Under the pieces are notes generated by a model that worked only from the letters and a program-made list of their open reading frames with translations, had not been told where the DNA came from and searched no databases. Shown here in pieces: positions 32,043 to 44,229 of a stretch of DNA of 64,000 nt (its first letter is position 1; each line of letters opens with the position of its first letter). The position numbers and the translations under genes were made by a program. This DNA comes from Candidatus Latescibacterota bacterium (GTDB lineage: Bacteria; Latescibacterota; UBA2968; GCA-2709665), in NCBI GenBank assembly GCA_963662665.2, contig CAXXJS010000010.1, positions 96,001 through 160,000 on the forward strand, written 5' to 3'.

Positions 32043-32750
32043 ATGAACCCCTTGCCCCGGAAATCCCTGCTCCTGCTCTCCGGCGGCATGGATTCCACGA
32101 CCCTGCTGTGGTGGATGCGAGACCGTGGTATTTCCGAGATCCACACTGTCTCGATCGACTACGGCCAGCGCCACGCCATCGAACTCGAATCCAGCGCAAC
32201 GCTGTCCCGGATGGCGGGCGCAACGTCCCACCGCTGCCTTAAAATCGACCTGCGGCAGATCGGCGGAAATCCGCTCACGGACGTCGGGCGTCCTGTTCCC
32301 GCCGCTCACGAGGATCGGCAGGCGCTAACCGTTGTCCCTTTCCGCAACATGCTCTTCGTCACGCTGGCTGCCGCATGGGCAGAGGTGAAGGGATGCAAGG
32401 ATCTCTATCTCTCGCCCGTACGCGACGACTTTGACATCTACCGGGACTGCCGTCGCGAATTTTACGATATGCTGGAGAGGGCCCTGCGCCTGGGCGCCAC
32501 ACGGCAGGCCGACTACCGTATCGTTACCCCATTTGTGGAGAAGTGGAAGGACGAAGTTGTAAGCACGGGTCTGAACCTGGGCGTACCCTACGCCGACACC
32601 CATACGTGCTACGAAGGCAAACGCCCCGCCTGCGGCCGTTGCGACGCCTGCGTGGAACGCATCGCCGCCTTTCGCGCCAATCGCACCGTCGATCCGCTGG
32701 CCTACCAAATCGAAGTCGAATGGGACATATCAACCGCGCCACGTCCATAG
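32043..32750 (+). CDS. queC: 7-cyano-7-deazaguanine synthase
   Basis: LSGGMDST, DYGQRH, VPFRN, YRDCR, CYEG..ACGRCDAC. Confidence 0.93.
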   Translation: MNPLPRKSLLLLSGGMDSTTLLWWMRDRGISEIHTVSIDYGQRHAIELESSATLSRMAGATSHRCLKIDLRQIGGNPLTDVGRPVPAAHEDRQALTVVPFRNMLFVTLAAAWAEVKGCKDLYLSPVRDDFDIYRDCRREFYDMLERALRLGATRQADYRIVTPFVEKWKDEVVSTGLNLGVPYADTHTCYEGKRPACGRCDACVERIAAFRANRTVDPLAYQIEVEWDISTAPRP

Positions 32751-32801
32751 ATAATTCCGCGCGACGTTTCATGGGACCCAACCACTGTCCCGGCCCGGAA
32801 A

Positions 32802-33836
32802 TCAGGCGTTTTTCAATGCTGTCACGGCGTCGATCAGACGCCGGTCCGCATTGGACCGCAGTTGGAGAATCTCAACGAGTTTTTCCGGACTGACGTCCCC
32901 GGCCGTTAATCGGTGGACATCGATTCTATCCGCCAGCGCGTTCATTACCATGTCGAGCAGGATGAGGTCCGAGGCCTCGTCCTCGACCATACACTCATCC
33001 GCAAGCACACGACGAACGACCTTCAGGCGGTCCCGCAACGCCTCCTCGTCTATCTCCTCGACCTTTTCCCGACTGACAAGCGGGGTGGAAAGCGTCGCCA
33101 GAAATCCTTCGCTCAGATATTTGCGGGCTTTCTCTTCGGTCCAGTTGTCCGTCAGAATTTCCACTACGGACTGCGGGACCCGCTCAGCCCGCTCGCGGCT
33201 TTCAGCGGTACCGCCGCCTTCATTCTGCCGGCGCGACGGCCGGCGCCTTCTTGTTCGGCGATGTTCCTGCGAGGCGCCCCGCGTGGGGGACTCCTGCGTC
33301 GTTTCCGCAGGGGTCTCCACGGGAGCGGCCGCTACAACATCCGGGGGTGGCGTCGCCGCAGCCTCAGCGGTCTCCGATGAAGGCTCTGCAGCGGACTCCC
33401 CGGTATTCGCCGGTTCAGGGGGTGCCGCTTCCGCCGTTCCCGCGGTGGGCTCAGCCTCTTTCTCGGATTGGTTCTCCTTCTTGTCCGCCGCCTTCCCGCG
33501 TGTCGTGCGCTTCGTGGACTTCGTCGAACCCCGCACCCGTTTCGCCGGCCGCCGCGATATCACGCGCTTCTCCGGAACTTCCGCCGCTTTCTGGGCAGAC
33601 TGACCTGCATCTTCCGGGGTGTCTGTTTCGGTCTTCTCCCCCTTCTCCTCGTCCGGCGCGGTTCGGGTGCGAGTTGTCCTCTTCGGCTTTTTGCTGACGC
33701 TTCGGGTACGCTTGGCCGGCCGCCGAGACACCACCCGCCTTTCAGAATCCTTGGCGTCATCCTTCTTCTCCCCGTCCTGGGCTTCCGACGGGGATTGATC
33801 ATTCTTCCCGGCTGGGGAATCCAAAATATCGTCCAT
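32802..33836 (-). CDS. Hypothetical protein: long charged low-complexity N-terminus plus helical C-terminal domain
   Basis: GAAGGGAGG SD; duplicated RV[VI]SRRPAKR..KRTTR motif; Ala/Glu/Pro/Thr linker. Confidence 0.7.
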   Translation of the reverse strand: MDDILDSPAGKNDQSPSEAQDGEKKDDAKDSERRVVSRRPAKRTRSVSKKPKRTTRTRTAPDEEKGEKTETDTPEDAGQSAQKAAEVPEKRVISRRPAKRVRGSTKSTKRTTRGKAADKKENQSEKEAEPTAGTAEAAPPEPANTGESAAEPSSETAEAAATPPPDVVAAAPVETPAETTQESPTRGASQEHRRTRRRRPSRRQNEGGGTAESRERAERVPQSVVEILTDNWTEEKARKYLSEGFLATLSTPLVSREKVEEIDEEALRDRLKVVRRVLADECMVEDEASDLILLDMVMNALADRIDVHRLTAGDVSPEKLVEILQLRSNADRRLIDAVTALKNA

Positions 33837-33967
33837 ATACCTCCCTTCGAGCTGTAGACGACACACAACAGTCCATTTCGTCTCCAACCCTCTACAATGT
33901 TGAACATGTTCGAAGACATCAACCCGTCGTACCAATATAAGCAAATATTATCGTCGTTCACCAGACG

Positions 33968-33998
33968 AAAAAAGGCCGGCCAATATCGGCCGACCCTT
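33968..33998 (-). terminator. Intrinsic terminator of groESL
   Basis: Minus strand AAGGGTCGGCCG-ATAT-TGGCCGGCC-TTTTTT just after the groEL stop. Confidence 0.75.
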
Positions 33999-34023
33999 GA
34001 ACGCTTCACGTATATTGCAGACA

Positions 34024-35655
34024 CTAATAGTGATCGTGACCGTGGCCGTGGCCAGGCGGCTCCTTTTCCTCTTCCGGAACTTCCGTTATCAGCGTTTCCG
34101 TTGTCAACAGGAGGCCGGCAATACTGGCCGCATTCTCAACCGCGGAACGCACAACCTTGGTGGGATCCGCCACGCCGGATTCGATCAGGTCTTCGTAGGT
34201 TTCGGTAAGCGCGTTGAATCCGAAGGCACCGTCTCCCTCCTTCACACGCTGCACAACCAGGCTGCCCTCGTGGCCAGCATTGTCGGCAATCTTTCTCAGG
34301 GGCGCTTCCAGCGCCTTGCTTAAAAGATCCACACCCGTCTTCTGGTCCCCACGAACCCGGCTGCGCACCGTGTCCAGCGACGAAATACATCTCACGAGCG
34401 CTACGCCTCCGCCGGGCACGATTCCTTCCTCTACAGCCGCCCTGGTCGCGTGCAGGGCATCTTCCACCCTTGCCTTCTTTTCTTTCATTTCGGTTTCGGT
34501 CGCGGCGCCGACGTTCACCACTGCCACACCGCCGGCGAGCTTTGCGAGCCGCTCCTGGAGTTTCTCCCGGTCGTAGTCCGATGTGGTTTCCTCGATCTGC
34601 ATGCGAATCTGGCTGACGCGTCCCTGGATGTCGTCGGTTGCCCCGGCCCCTTCCACGATTGTCGTATTGTCCTTGTCTATAACGATCCGCTTGGCCTGTC
34701 CCAGATCGTCGAGCTGGATATTCTCCAGTTTAATGCCCAGATCTTCGGAAATGACTCGACCACCGGTGAGAATGGAAATGTCTTCAAGCATCTCCTTCCG
34801 ACGGTCGCCGTAACCGGGTGCCTTGACCGCCGCCGCTTTAATGGTCCCACGGACTTTGTTCACGACAAACGTCGCCAGCGCTTCACCCTCAACGTCTTCG
34901 GCAATCACCAGAAGCGGCTTGCCCGTCTGTGCCGTTTTCTCCAGCAAAGGAAGAAGATCTTTCATATTGGACAGCTTTTTCTCGTGGATCAGCAGATAGG
35001 CATCCTCCAGAACCGCTTCCATGTCGTCCTGGTCGGTCACAAAATACGGGGAAATATAACCCCGGTCGAACTGCATGCCCTCCACTACGTCCAGCGTCGT
35101 TTCGATCGACTTTGCTTCCTCTACCGTTATTGTGCCGTCTTTGCCCACCTTCTCCATGGAATCGGCGATTATTTCTCCGATGCTGTTGTCGTTATTGGCG
35201 GAGACCGTGGCCACTTGCGCAATTTCCTTTCGGCCTTTTACATCCTGGGACTGTGCTTTCAAGGCATCGGTCACGGCCCCGACGCCCTCGTCGATGCCCC
35301 GCTTGATATCCATCGGGTTGGCGCCGGCCGTCACATTCTTGAGCCCCTCGCGATAGACGGCTTCAGCAAGGACTGTGGCGGTGGTGGTGCCGTCACCTGC
35401 GACGTCGGATGTCTTGGAAGCCACTTCCTTCACCATCTGGGCGCCCATATTTTCGTATGGATCGGGCAGTTCGATTTCTTTGGCTACCGTAACGCCGTCT
35501 TTGGTTACCGTAGGCGAACCCCACTTCTTTCCCAGAACGATGTTCCGTCCGCGTGGTCCCAGTGTTGCCTTTACGGCTTTGCTCAGGATGTCCACGCCGT
35601 CCAGAACCTTCGACCGGGCGTCTATCCCGTAGCTTAATTGTTTGGCTGGCATCAT
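34024..35655 (-). CDS. groL: Chaperonin GroEL with His-rich C-terminal tail
   Basis: [42 protein letters not shown]; ends [11 protein letters not shown]. Confidence 0.98.
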   Translation of the reverse strand: MMPAKQLSYGIDARSKVLDGVDILSKAVKATLGPRGRNIVLGKKWGSPTVTKDGVTVAKEIELPDPYENMGAQMVKEVASKTSDVAGDGTTTATVLAEAVYREGLKNVTAGANPMDIKRGIDEGVGAVTDALKAQSQDVKGRKEIAQVATVSANNDNSIGEIIADSMEKVGKDGTITVEEAKSIETTLDVVEGMQFDRGYISPYFVTDQDDMEAVLEDAYLLIHEKKLSNMKDLLPLLEKTAQTGKPLLVIAEDVEGEALATFVVNKVRGTIKAAAVKAPGYGDRRKEMLEDISILTGGRVISEDLGIKLENIQLDDLGQAKRIVIDKDNTTIVEGAGATDDIQGRVSQIRMQIEETTSDYDREKLQERLAKLAGGVAVVNVGAATETEMKEKKARVEDALHATRAAVEEGIVPGGGVALVRCISSLDTVRSRVRGDQKTGVDLLSKALEAPLRKIADNAGHEGSLVVQRVKEGDGAFGFNALTETYEDLIESGVADPTKVVRSAVENAASIAGLLLTTETLITEVPEEEKEPPGHGHGHDHY

Positions 35656-35795
35656 GACCCTCCTGTTTTCTCGGTATGTTCGAAACCGGTAACGAATCGG
35701 AACCGGAAAACCTGCTACCGGTCTCCTTTCAAACTTTCCGCCATCGCCCGGCGCGACTCGGAACCTGCCTGAATGCAGTTTCCGTTATGGTCGGG

Positions 35796-36086
35796 TTATT
35801 CCAGGATGCCCAGAATATCGTCTTCCGACGCGATTACAAGCTCCTCTCCACCCACCTCCACCTCGGTACCGGCATACTGGCCAATGAGGACGCGGTTGCC
35901 AATTCCCACCGAAACCGGCACCGGATCGCCGGTTTTATCGTTGACTTTCCCCGGACCGACCGCGACAACCTCGGCTTCGAGTGGTTTTTCTTTTGCCGTA
36001 TCCGGTATAATGATACCGCCCTTCACCTGTTCATCGGCTTCAATCCGCCGGAGAAGTACCCGGTCGGCCATTGGCTTCACCGTCAT
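35796..36086 (-). CDS. groS: Co-chaperonin GroES
   Basis: KPMADRVL, GGIIIPDTAKEKP, VVAVGPG. Confidence 0.97.
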   Translation of the reverse strand: MTVKPMADRVLLRRIEADEQVKGGIIIPDTAKEKPLEAEVVAVGPGKVNDKTGDPVPVSVGIGNRVLIGQYAGTEVEVGGEELVIASEDDILGILE

Positions 36087-36152
36087 CAGCTCCTCCTTCG
36101 AAAGAATAACGTTTATGTTAACTCATTTAATTACAACTATTTTCTGAAATTA

Positions 36153-36179
36153 TTAGCACTCAATAAGCTCGAGTGCTAA
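36153..36179. promoter_or_regulatory. CIRCE element (HrcA operator)
   Basis: Perfect TTAGCACTC-N9-GAGTGCTAA upstream of groES. Confidence 0.97.
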
Positions 36180-36186
36180 TAGAACA

Positions 36187-36215
36187 AATATACAAGCTTT
36201 GATTTCGTGACGCAA
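36187..36215 (-). promoter_or_regulatory. groESL promoter
   Basis: Minus strand TTGCGT-17 bp-TATATT immediately upstream of CIRCE. Confidence 0.7.
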
Positions 36216-36236
36216 GGACAAATTCCCTGACAAAAC

Positions 36237-36267
36237 AAAAAAGCGCATTACCGCATGTAATGCGCTT
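36237..36267 (-). terminator. Intrinsic terminator after secA-rhodanese
   Basis: AAGCGCATTAC/GTAATGCGCTT stem followed by a T-run on the minus strand. Confidence 0.8.
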
Positions 36268-36314
36268 CGACCGAATTCCGCCGGCTCGTCCCATGTCATT
36301 CCGTGATAGTCCGC

Positions 36315-36791
36315 TTAATTGGTCGAACTCCTCAGCAGCTCCTTCTTCCGCGCAATCCGTTTCTCGAGGTGTTCTATTTCAGCGGCCAACAACTCTGGGC
36401 GATCCGAATCGTCGCCTTCTTCGGGCGGCGGCGGCTGTTCCGCCGGAAGGGCGGCATCGGCCCAGTCTTCGTACCCGCCCGACATCGAAATCACACGTTC
36501 ATAACCCAGTTCCTTCAAAGACTCCGCGGCCAGCAGGGATCGTACACCGCCAGCGCAATACACCACCACTTCCCGGGACTTGTCCGGAATAGTGGATTCC
36601 GCCTCCGCTTCCAGCCGCCCGCGAGGAATGTGAACGGCCCCCCGCAAGTGTCCAGACTCCCACTCTTCCAGGGCGCGCACATCCAACAGGACCGGGCTCT
36701 CGCCGCTTTCCAGATGGCTGTGCACTTCCTGTACGCTCATCTCCGGAATCACCCTGCGGGCTTCACTTAACAACTCATCTCGGGATTTCAT
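36315..36791 (-). CDS. Rhodanese-like domain protein
   Basis: LLDVRALEEWESGHLRGA, VVYCAGGVRS, MSGGYEDW. Confidence 0.88.
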   Translation of the reverse strand: MKSRDELLSEARRVIPEMSVQEVHSHLESGESPVLLDVRALEEWESGHLRGAVHIPRGRLEAEAESTIPDKSREVVVYCAGGVRSLLAAESLKELGYERVISMSGGYEDWADAALPAEQPPPPEEGDDSDRPELLAAEIEHLEKRIARKKELLRSSTN

Positions 36792-36864
36792 TGCCTCGGA
36801 GCTCCTATCGTCCTGTCCCAATAATATCCGACCATTCCGCCGCCTGTCACGCTGCGTTGGTTCT

Positions 36865-39800
36865 TCATGCAGGCACCCGGCCCGCCTGACCATGGCATTT
36901 CTTGTATTTTTTACCGCTTCCACAGGGACACGGGTCGTTTCTGCCCACCTTCTGCACCCGTACCGGACGCTGCCTGGGCGGACCGCCTTCGGAAGCACTG
37001 GTGGCTGTATCCGACGTCGGCGACGCCTCGGCTCCAGGGGCAAATCCCATTCCCGTTGCATCCTGATGCATGAGGGAGACCTGTTGAGGCTGGCGGCGTC
37101 CGGGCCTTGTCAGCTCCTCTTCAACGGGGATGCGAAACAGTGTTTTCAGTGTTTCACGGTTGATCTCGTCCAGGAGATCGACGAACATCTGAAACCCTTC
37201 ACGTTTGTATTCGATCAGAGGGTCCTTTTGTCCGTATCCGCGCAGACCGATGCCCTCCTTGAGGTCGTCCATCTCCCGGAGGTGGTCCTTCCACTTTTCG
37301 TCGGTTACCCCCAGATAGACCATCCGCTCGATGTCCCGCATCCTTCCAGCGCCAATAAGACTTTCCCGGCGCCTGTAGGTTGCCCTGATCCCATCGAACA
37401 GTTTTTCGCGGAATCCATCTTCTTTAAGCTCGGGCAACGCCTCCGGAGGCACTTCCGGGACCTGAAGGAATATCTGGCGCAGATCGCGATAGAGTCGGTC
37501 CAGGTCCCACTCTTGCTGGGTGCCTTCATCCGGAAGATGGTTCCCGAACGAAGCGTTTACTACCTCCTCCATCTCTTCCTCGATCTGTTCGTAGATATTG
37601 TGTTGCTCCAGCGCGTGGCGGCGCCGGTCGTATACGACCTCCCGCTGCTGGTTCATCACATCGTCGTACTCAAGCAGATGTTTGCGCACCTCGAAGTTCC
37701 GGCCTTCCACGCGTTTCTGCGCCCGCTCGATAGATCGGGTCACCATCCGGTGTTCAATCACTTCACCCTCTTCGGCTCCCAGCCGGTCCATAATGCGGGC
37801 AATCCTTTCGGATCCGAAGAGCCGCATCAGATCGTCTTCCAACGAGATGAAAAATCGGGAATTTCCGGGATCGCCCTGTCGGCCGGCGCGTCCCCGGAGC
37901 TGCCGGTCTATCCGCCTCGCCTCGTGTCGTTCGGTGCCGATTATATGCAATCCGCAGGGCAACTCCTCCCGGCACCGGTACTCTTCCAGATGGGGACACA
38001 ACGGTTGACTGCCATTGGCGCCGGGTATCAATGCGCATTGATGGCCACCCGGTGCTTTGACCACGCCCTCACCCAGCTTGATATCCGTGCCGCGCCCCGC
38101 CATATTCGTGGCAATGGTCACGGCTGCCGGCTGTCCTGCTCTGGCAACGATCTGGGCTTCCTGCTGGTTGTGGCGGGCGTTGAGCACCGAATGTTTTATT
38201 CCCTTCCGCTTTAACATGCGTGATAACAGCTCCGACACTTCGACGCTGATCGTACCGACGAGTACCGGCAGGTTCTTGTGGTTCAATCGCTCAATATCAT
38301 CCACGATGGCGTTATATTTCTCCCGTTTGGTTCTGAAGATCAGATCCTCCGAATCAACCCGCCGCACCGGCTCGTTCGTAGGCATCACCACGACATCCAG
38401 CTTGTAGATCTGAAGCAGTTCGGCCGCTTCAGTTTCGGCGGTTCCCGTCATGCCCGCCAGTTTGTGGTATAACCGGAAGTAGTTCTGCAAGGTAATCGTG
38501 GCGATCGTCTGTGTATCGCGTTCCACCTTGACCCGTTCTTTCGCCTCGAGAGCCTGGTGCAGCCCGTCGGCAAATCGCCGACCCGGCTGGGGGCGCCCGG
38601 TGAACTCGTCTACAATAATCACCTGGCCGCCATCCACAATATACCTTACATCCTTTTCATATAGCGTAAAGGCTACCAGAAGTTGCTGCACACTGTGAAT
38701 CGCCTCGCTCTTTCTGGCGTAGTCCTGGTAGGCGTCGTCCTGCGATCTGGCTTTCTCGTCCGGCGCCAGTGAATCATCCGCTTCGATTCCGTGCAGCACT
38801 TCATCCAGGTCCGGCAGCACAAAGTCGTCCGGCTTTCTGCTGATCTCTACGCGCCCCTTGTCAGTCAGGTCAATAACATGACCCTTCTCGTCCACGCTGA
38901 AGTAGAGGTCTTCGTCGATCTCGCCCATTCGCTTGTCGCGCATGTAGTCCGCCTCGACACGGCCAATAAGGCGTTTGATTCCCTCCTCCTGTACCAACTT
39001 CATGAACCGACGGTTTTTGGGCATGCCCCGCTGGACCTGAAGCAGTCGGATCCCCGCCTCGTATTCCTCATTGTCGAGAAGTTCCTCCGCTTCGTTCAAG
39101 GTCCCGGTCACCACCCGCGTCTGCGTTCTGACCAACCGCTCCACCAGTGGCCGCATCTCATCGTACCGCTGGTTATCGGCCTCGGCCACCGCGCCGGAAA
39201 TGATCAGCGGCGTCCTGGCTTCGTCTATCAGTATGCTGTCCGCCTCGTCGATAATTGCGAAATAGTGTTCGCGCTGCATCAGATCATCCGGTCGAACCGT
39301 CATATTGTCGTATAGATAGTCGAATCCGAACTGGTCCTTCGTGCCATAGATAATATCGGCCCGATAGGCCTCCTGATGTTCGCACTCCCGCAGGAGGTAT
39401 CCGCCCCGGCCATCCTCCTCCATGCGATACGCCTCCGCCTCCATGGACCGGTCCTGGATAATGCCAACGCTCATCCCGAGAGAGATATACACGGGCCCGA
39501 GCCACATGGCGTCTCGCTTTGCCAGGTAGGAGTTCACCGTCACCAGGTGTACGCCCCGTCCCGTCAATCCGTTCAGATAGAGCGGCATTCCAGCCACCAG
39601 CGTCTTGCCTTCGCCAGTGGCCATCTCGGCTATTTTTCCCTGGTGCAGCACAATGCCGCCGAGCAGCTGCACATCGTAAGGCACCATATCCCAGACAATG
39701 GATTCTCCTGCGCGCTCCCACTGCTTTCCCTCGGCCTTGAAACGGCGGCAAGTCTCCTTGTAAACCGCATATGCCTCCGGTAGTATCCCCTCCAAAGCCT

Positions 39801-40095
39801 CCGTCTCAAGTTGCCTGGCCTCGCCCTCCAATTCCGAGATTTCGTCCAGCAGCGAGGAACGATCCACTTCGTCCTCACTCTTCAGCTCCAACCGCAACCG
39901 ATCCACCTGTTCCGTACATTCCTCCGTCACGTCGCGAAGTCTTTGCCTGAACTCTGCTGTCTTCTCGCGCAAACCCGCGTCGGATAGTCCGGAGAACGAC
40001 TCGCAAAGCCCATTGATTCTGTCGACCGTCGGCCAGAGTTTCTTCAGATCCCGATCGTATTTGGTCCCGAAGACTTTTTTTATTACATCAATCAT
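36865..40095 (-). CDS. secA: Preprotein translocase ATPase SecA
   Basis: [58 protein letters not shown]. Confidence 0.98.
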   Translation of the reverse strand: MIDVIKKVFGTKYDRDLKKLWPTVDRINGLCESFSGLSDAGLREKTAEFRQRLRDVTEECTEQVDRLRLELKSEDEVDRSSLLDEISELEGEARQLETEALEGILPEAYAVYKETCRRFKAEGKQWERAGESIVWDMVPYDVQLLGGIVLHQGKIAEMATGEGKTLVAGMPLYLNGLTGRGVHLVTVNSYLAKRDAMWLGPVYISLGMSVGIIQDRSMEAEAYRMEEDGRGGYLLRECEHQEAYRADIIYGTKDQFGFDYLYDNMTVRPDDLMQREHYFAIIDEADSILIDEARTPLIISGAVAEADNQRYDEMRPLVERLVRTQTRVVTGTLNEAEELLDNEEYEAGIRLLQVQRGMPKNRRFMKLVQEEGIKRLIGRVEADYMRDKRMGEIDEDLYFSVDEKGHVIDLTDKGRVEISRKPDDFVLPDLDEVLHGIEADDSLAPDEKARSQDDAYQDYARKSEAIHSVQQLLVAFTLYEKDVRYIVDGGQVIIVDEFTGRPQPGRRFADGLHQALEAKERVKVERDTQTIATITLQNYFRLYHKLAGMTGTAETEAAELLQIYKLDVVVMPTNEPVRRVDSEDLIFRTKREKYNAIVDDIERLNHKNLPVLVGTISVEVSELLSRMLKRKGIKHSVLNARHNQQEAQIVARAGQPAAVTIATNMAGRGTDIKLGEGVVKAPGGHQCALIPGANGSQPLCPHLEEYRCREELPCGLHIIGTERHEARRIDRQLRGRAGRQGDPGNSRFFISLEDDLMRLFGSERIARIMDRLGAEEGEVIEHRMVTRSIERAQKRVEGRNFEVRKHLLEYDDVMNQQREVVYDRRRHALEQHNIYEQIEEEMEEVVNASFGNHLPDEGTQQEWDLDRLYRDLRQIFLQVPEVPPEALPELKEDGFREKLFDGIRATYRRRESLIGAGRMRDIERMVYLGVTDEKWKDHLREMDDLKEGIGLRGYGQKDPLIEYKREGFQMFVDLLDEINRETLKTLFRIPVEEELTRPGRRQPQQVSLMHQDATGMGFAPGAEASPTSDTATSASEGGPPRQRPVRVQKVGRNDPCPCGSGKKYKKCHGQAGRVPA

Positions 40096-40112
40096 AAGCG
40101 GTTATCCATTGT

Positions 40113-40547
40113 CTAACGACAATCCATGGGTTCTGCGATGACTCCCTGCTTCCTGGCCAGCGCATCCAGAATTCCGTTTATAAACATTGGCGCCTTCTCA
40201 ACGCTGTACCGCTTCGCGAGTTCAATGGCTTCATTCATCGAGACCCTGACCGGGATATTGTCGAATGCCAGCATTTCGGTAAGCGCCATCCACAGGAGGA
40301 TCCGATCGACTCTCGAGATGCGTTCCAATGCCCAGTTTCTGGAAATCCCCTCAACCATACGGTTAAGTTCGTCTCTCCGCGTCCAGGTTTCCCGACCCAA
40401 CGCCTGTGCGAATTCGGCCGCATCTTCGGAAAGCTCTGCACGAAGCGCCATGGACTGGAGCGTCTGATGCACGGGGTCCCCCGAACTCTCGCTCCAATAC
40501 AACGCCTGCAGTGTAACTTCACGGGCTTTTCGACGCGAATCCGTCAT
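40113..40547 (-). CDS. nusB: Transcription antitermination factor NusB
   Basis: [30 protein letters not shown]. Confidence 0.95.
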   Translation of the reverse strand: MTDSRRKAREVTLQALYWSESSGDPVHQTLQSMALRAELSEDAAEFAQALGRETWTRRDELNRMVEGISRNWALERISRVDRILLWMALTEMLAFDNIPVRVSMNEAIELAKRYSVEKAPMFINGILDALARKQGVIAEPMDCR

Positions 40548-41023
40548 GCCTCGTGTTCTTTCCAGGACGCCAGAAGATTCGCCATCTCGACGGCGCCCAG
40601 GGCAACTTCCCATCCTTTGTTGCCGGCCTTGGTTCCCGCCCTTTCGATTGCCTGTTCGATAGTATCGGTTGTCAGCACGCCGAACAGGCACGGAATACCT
40701 GTTTCCAGCCCTACCGACGCAATGCCCTTGGAGACCTCGTTGGCCACGTAATCGAAATGGGGTGTACTCCCGCGAATCACGGCGCCCAGACAGATCACCG
40801 CGTCGTAACTCCCGCTGCACGCCATTCTCCGAGCCATCAGCGGGATCTCGAACGAACCCGGAACCCAGGCCACGTCCACGTTCTCCGGTTCGCTTCCATG
40901 CCGCTTCAGACAATCCTCGGCGCCTTCCAGCAACTGCTTGCTAACCAGCGCGTTGAATCGACTTACCACTATACCGAAGCGTTTGCCGTTCGCATACAAT
41001 CCACCTTCAAACACTCTGGCCAT
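40544..41023 (-). CDS. ribH: 6,7-dimethyl-8-ribityllumazine synthase
   Basis: [30 protein letters not shown]. Confidence 0.97.
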   Translation of the reverse strand: MARVFEGGLYANGKRFGIVVSRFNALVSKQLLEGAEDCLKRHGSEPENVDVAWVPGSFEIPLMARRMACSGSYDAVICLGAVIRGSTPHFDYVANEVSKGIASVGLETGIPCLFGVLTTDTIEQAIERAGTKAGNKGWEVALGAVEMANLLASWKEHEA

Positions 41024-42281
41024 ACGTTCCCTCCGGGGCGCCATCGACCAACTTCAAATCTTCTTCGTCAAACAAATGTCCCATCTTCTTCTGTTTGGTG
41101 CGCAAATACCGGATATTCCATGGCGTTGGAACAATCTTGACAGGAACCCGTTCGACGATCTCGATTCCATATGCCTCCAGCCCTACACGCTTTGCCGGGT
41201 TGTTGGTGATCAGTCGCGCCCTTCTGATACCCAGGTCCAAAAGAATCTGCGCACCGATACCGTAATCCCGCTCGTCCATCTTGAATCCAAGCTTCAAATT
41301 TGCCTCGACCGTATCGTATCCCTTTTCCTGAAGCTGGTAGGCGTGTATCTTTTCACGAAGGCCGATACCGCGCCCCTCCTGCCGCATGTATACAATCGCG
41401 CCTCGCCCCTCCCGTTCAATCATCTCGATCGCTGAATGGAGGTTCGTGCTGCAGTCGCACCTGAGCGACCCAAAGGTGTCGCCGGTCAGACACTCGGAGT
41501 GCATCCGGACCAGCACGGGATGACCCGTAGAGAGTTCTCCCTTGGTCAGTGCCACGTGTTCCCGCTGGTCGACTTCGCTATCATACAGGTGCAGCTTGAA
41601 CTCCCCGAACCGGGTGGGGAGGCGCACGGTTTCAACGCATCCTACCAGCTTTTCCGATCGACGGCGATATGAAATCAGATCGCGAATTGTAATAATCTTC
41701 AGGTTGAACTGTCGCGCCATTTCCATCAGCTGGGGCAGCCGGGCCATTGTCCCGTCCGGATTCAAAATTTCGCAAAGGACACCCGCCGGATAGAGTCCCG
41801 CGAGGCGCGCCAGGTCCACCGTTGCCTCCGTGTGCCCCGCCCTTCGCAATACACCTCCCGGTCGGGCACACAGTGGAAAGACGTGTCCGGGTCTGGCAAA
41901 ATCGGGCGGCCGGGCGGCCGGATCCACGAATTGCCGTATAGTCACCGCCCGATCCTGCGCCGAAATCCCGGTGGTAGTGCCCTCTACCGCGTCGATGCTG
42001 ACCGTGAACGGTGTTCCGTGCAACGCTGTGTTTCTGCCCACCATCATCTCCAGTTCCAACTCCTGCAGTCGCTCCTCCGTTGCCGGCAGGCATACCAGCC
42101 CCCGCCCGTGAAGGGCCATGAAATTGATAATTTCAGGCGTGACTTTTTCCGCCGCTGTGATCAGGTCCCCTTCGTTTTCCCGGTCCTCATCGTCCACGAC
42201 GATAACCAATTTGCCCGCCCGGATGTCATCCAGCGCCTCTTCGATGGAGGCACCGCTGAACCCGTTGTCGATTTCAGACAT
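41007..42281 (-). CDS. ribBA: Bifunctional DHBP synthase / GTP cyclohydrolase II
   Basis: [43 protein letters not shown]. Confidence 0.97.
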   Translation of the reverse strand: MSEIDNGFSGASIEEALDDIRAGKLVIVVDDEDRENEGDLITAAEKVTPEIINFMALHGRGLVCLPATEERLQELELEMMVGRNTALHGTPFTVSIDAVEGTTTGISAQDRAVTIRQFVDPAARPPDFARPGHVFPLCARPGGVLRRAGHTEATVDLARLAGLYPAGVLCEILNPDGTMARLPQLMEMARQFNLKIITIRDLISYRRRSEKLVGCVETVRLPTRFGEFKLHLYDSEVDQREHVALTKGELSTGHPVLVRMHSECLTGDTFGSLRCDCSTNLHSAIEMIEREGRGAIVYMRQEGRGIGLREKIHAYQLQEKGYDTVEANLKLGFKMDERDYGIGAQILLDLGIRRARLITNNPAKRVGLEAYGIEIVERVPVKIVPTPWNIRYLRTKQKKMGHLFDEEDLKLVDGAPEGTYGQSV

Positions 42282-42325
42282 GAAATGTCGCTCCCGGCAA
42301 AGTGACGTTGAGATACGCGCAAATC

Positions 42326-43003
42326 TCAACCCGTTCGAATCTCATTGAAGCCCCTGTCTTTCATACCCGTACTTGATGTCCCTCGCCGCCGGTTATTCCC
42401 ATCCCCGTTCGCCGGATAGCGGCCTGCCAACCTGTCCAGATACCGCGCCACCATGTCCACCTCCAGATTCACAGAGTCGCCCACCCGGCGTTCACCGATC
42501 GTCGTCGCTTCAATCGTATGCGGAATCACCGTCACCGTAAAGTCGCGCATCCCTGCTGACACAACCGTCAGGCTGATCCCGTCGACGGCTATCGATCCCT
42601 TATCAGCCACGAACGGGGCGAGTTCGGCCGGCATTCCTATCCGGAACACGACGTTGTCCGTCCATCGCCGCCGCTCGAGTACCCGGCCCATCCCGTCCAC
42701 GTGCCCGGCGACCAGATGGCCGCCCAGGCGATCCGACAGCCTGAGAGATCGTTCCAGATTCACCCTGTCACCCGTTTTCAACTTTCCCAGAGTCGTCCGC
42801 TCCAGGGTCTCCGATACGGACTCGAACGAAAACTCCTGCCGCCCCACGTCGACAACGGTGTGGCAGGCGCCATCGATTGAGATGCTATCGCCAATCGCGA
42901 CGTCCGTGAGTACGAGCTTCGCTTCCAGTGTCGTTCGCTGATAACCCGTCCGCCGGTGAACCGTACGCACCAGTCCTACGTCCTCGACAATTCCGGTAAA
43001 CAT
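42326..43003 (-). CDS. ribE: Riboflavin synthase
   Basis: [46 protein letters not shown]. Confidence 0.95.
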   Translation of the reverse strand: MFTGIVEDVGLVRTVHRRTGYQRTTLEAKLVLTDVAIGDSISIDGACHTVVDVGRQEFSFESVSETLERTTLGKLKTGDRVNLERSLRLSDRLGGHLVAGHVDGMGRVLERRRWTDNVVFRIGMPAELAPFVADKGSIAVDGISLTVVSAGMRDFTVTVIPHTIEATTIGERRVGDSVNLEVDMVARYLDRLAGRYPANGDGNNRRRGTSSTGMKDRGFNEIRTG

Positions 43004-43079
43004 CAGGCCCATCCTTTCGCGGGCAACGGCGCTCACAAAGTCAGAGACACACGGGACAACGGGTCCGGATTTGCCATTC

Positions 43080-44180
43080 TTATGGCGTCCGTGCCGGACT
43101 TGGATTGTCGTTTACACGCGCCGTATAGAATAAATCGGGACCTGTCCATTCCACGTCGACCTCATCAAGACGAACCGCATCGGCCATCCTTTTAATCCCC
43201 AGATCGTCCACAGAGGCTATCCCTTTACCCAGAATCGAGGGGGCGATGAACACCATCAGACGGTCGATCAACCGGTCCCGAATCGCCGAGGCCGCCAGGG
43301 CGCCCCCACCTTCGATCAACACATGGGTGATTCCTTCGTTCCCCGCGCGGGAAAGCACGTCTCGAAGCAATGGCCTTCCATCAAACTGCGAACAGACCCA
43401 AACGCGAGCGCCACACTTTTCCATCGCTTCGACTTTTTTTTTTGAGACACCCTCCGCCGCGGCAAGAATCAGAGGCGCCCCGCCGAAAACCCTCGCTCTA
43501 CTTGAAATCACAAGGCGACTGTCCAGCACGATTTTTACCGGATCGACACCCTCCAGATGCCGGACCGAAAGCGCCGGATCGTCCGCTTCGACCGTCCCCC
43601 GCCCAACCATAACCGCCGTCGCTTCGGCGCGCAGCCGATGCGCCCGTGTTCGGGACACATCCGAGGAAATCCATTTCGATTCACCCGAAGCGGTCGCAAT
43701 CCGGCCGTCAAGGGTCTGGGCCAGCTTCAGGGTGACAAAAGGGAAACCCGTCGTCCTGTGTTTTATAAAGGCCTCGTTGAGTCGCCGCACCTCTTTTGCG
43801 AGTACACCGATCTCCACCCGAATGCCCGCTTCGCGCAACCGGTCGATACCCCGGCCCGAAACCCGTTTATCCGGATCCACCATTCCGCACACGACCCGCG
43901 CAACCCCTCTTTTTATAATTAAATCGACACACGGCGGGGTCCGGCCGGTATGGACACACGGTTCTAGCGTCACGTAGAGCGTGACGTCCGGCGTTCCGTC
44001 CGCCACGCCGTCGAGCGCATAGACCTCGGCGTGTGGCTTTCCGGATTCAGGATAATAACCCTTTCCGACAATTTGTCCGTTCCGGACCGCCACCGCGCCC
44101 ACCAGCGCACCGTCCCGTACCCGGCCGCGTCCTTTTTCAGCCAAAGACAACGCCAGCCGCATATTGTCCACGTCCGTCAT
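43080..44180 (-). CDS. ribD: Riboflavin biosynthesis deaminase/reductase
   Basis: HAE, TLEPCVHTGRTPPC, KLAQTLDGRIA, SKWI, EGG. Confidence 0.96.
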   Translation of the reverse strand: MTDVDNMRLALSLAEKGRGRVRDGALVGAVAVRNGQIVGKGYYPESGKPHAEVYALDGVADGTPDVTLYVTLEPCVHTGRTPPCVDLIIKRGVARVVCGMVDPDKRVSGRGIDRLREAGIRVEIGVLAKEVRRLNEAFIKHRTTGFPFVTLKLAQTLDGRIATASGESKWISSDVSRTRAHRLRAEATAVMVGRGTVEADDPALSVRHLEGVDPVKIVLDSRLVISSRARVFGGAPLILAAAEGVSKKKVEAMEKCGARVWVCSQFDGRPLLRDVLSRAGNEGITHVLIEGGGALAASAIRDRLIDRLMVFIAPSILGKGIASVDDLGIKRMADAVRLDEVDVEWTGPDLFYTARVNDNPSPARTP

Positions 44181-44229
44181 ATACCACCCGGTGTCGCCGG
44201 GACCGGAAATCCCGAAATGCGGAAGGTCT

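Noticed and set aside
32043-32750. queC/queD as a DNA-modification or Qat-type defence system
   Set aside because: The genes are 15 kb apart in housekeeping context with no dpd, tgt-like or qat partners; ordinary queuosine synthesis is more likely.
33900-33913. TTGAACATGTTCGA as an SOS box
   Set aside because: Spacing is N2, not the N4 of GAAC-N4-GTTC boxes, and the adjacent gene is not an evident repair gene.
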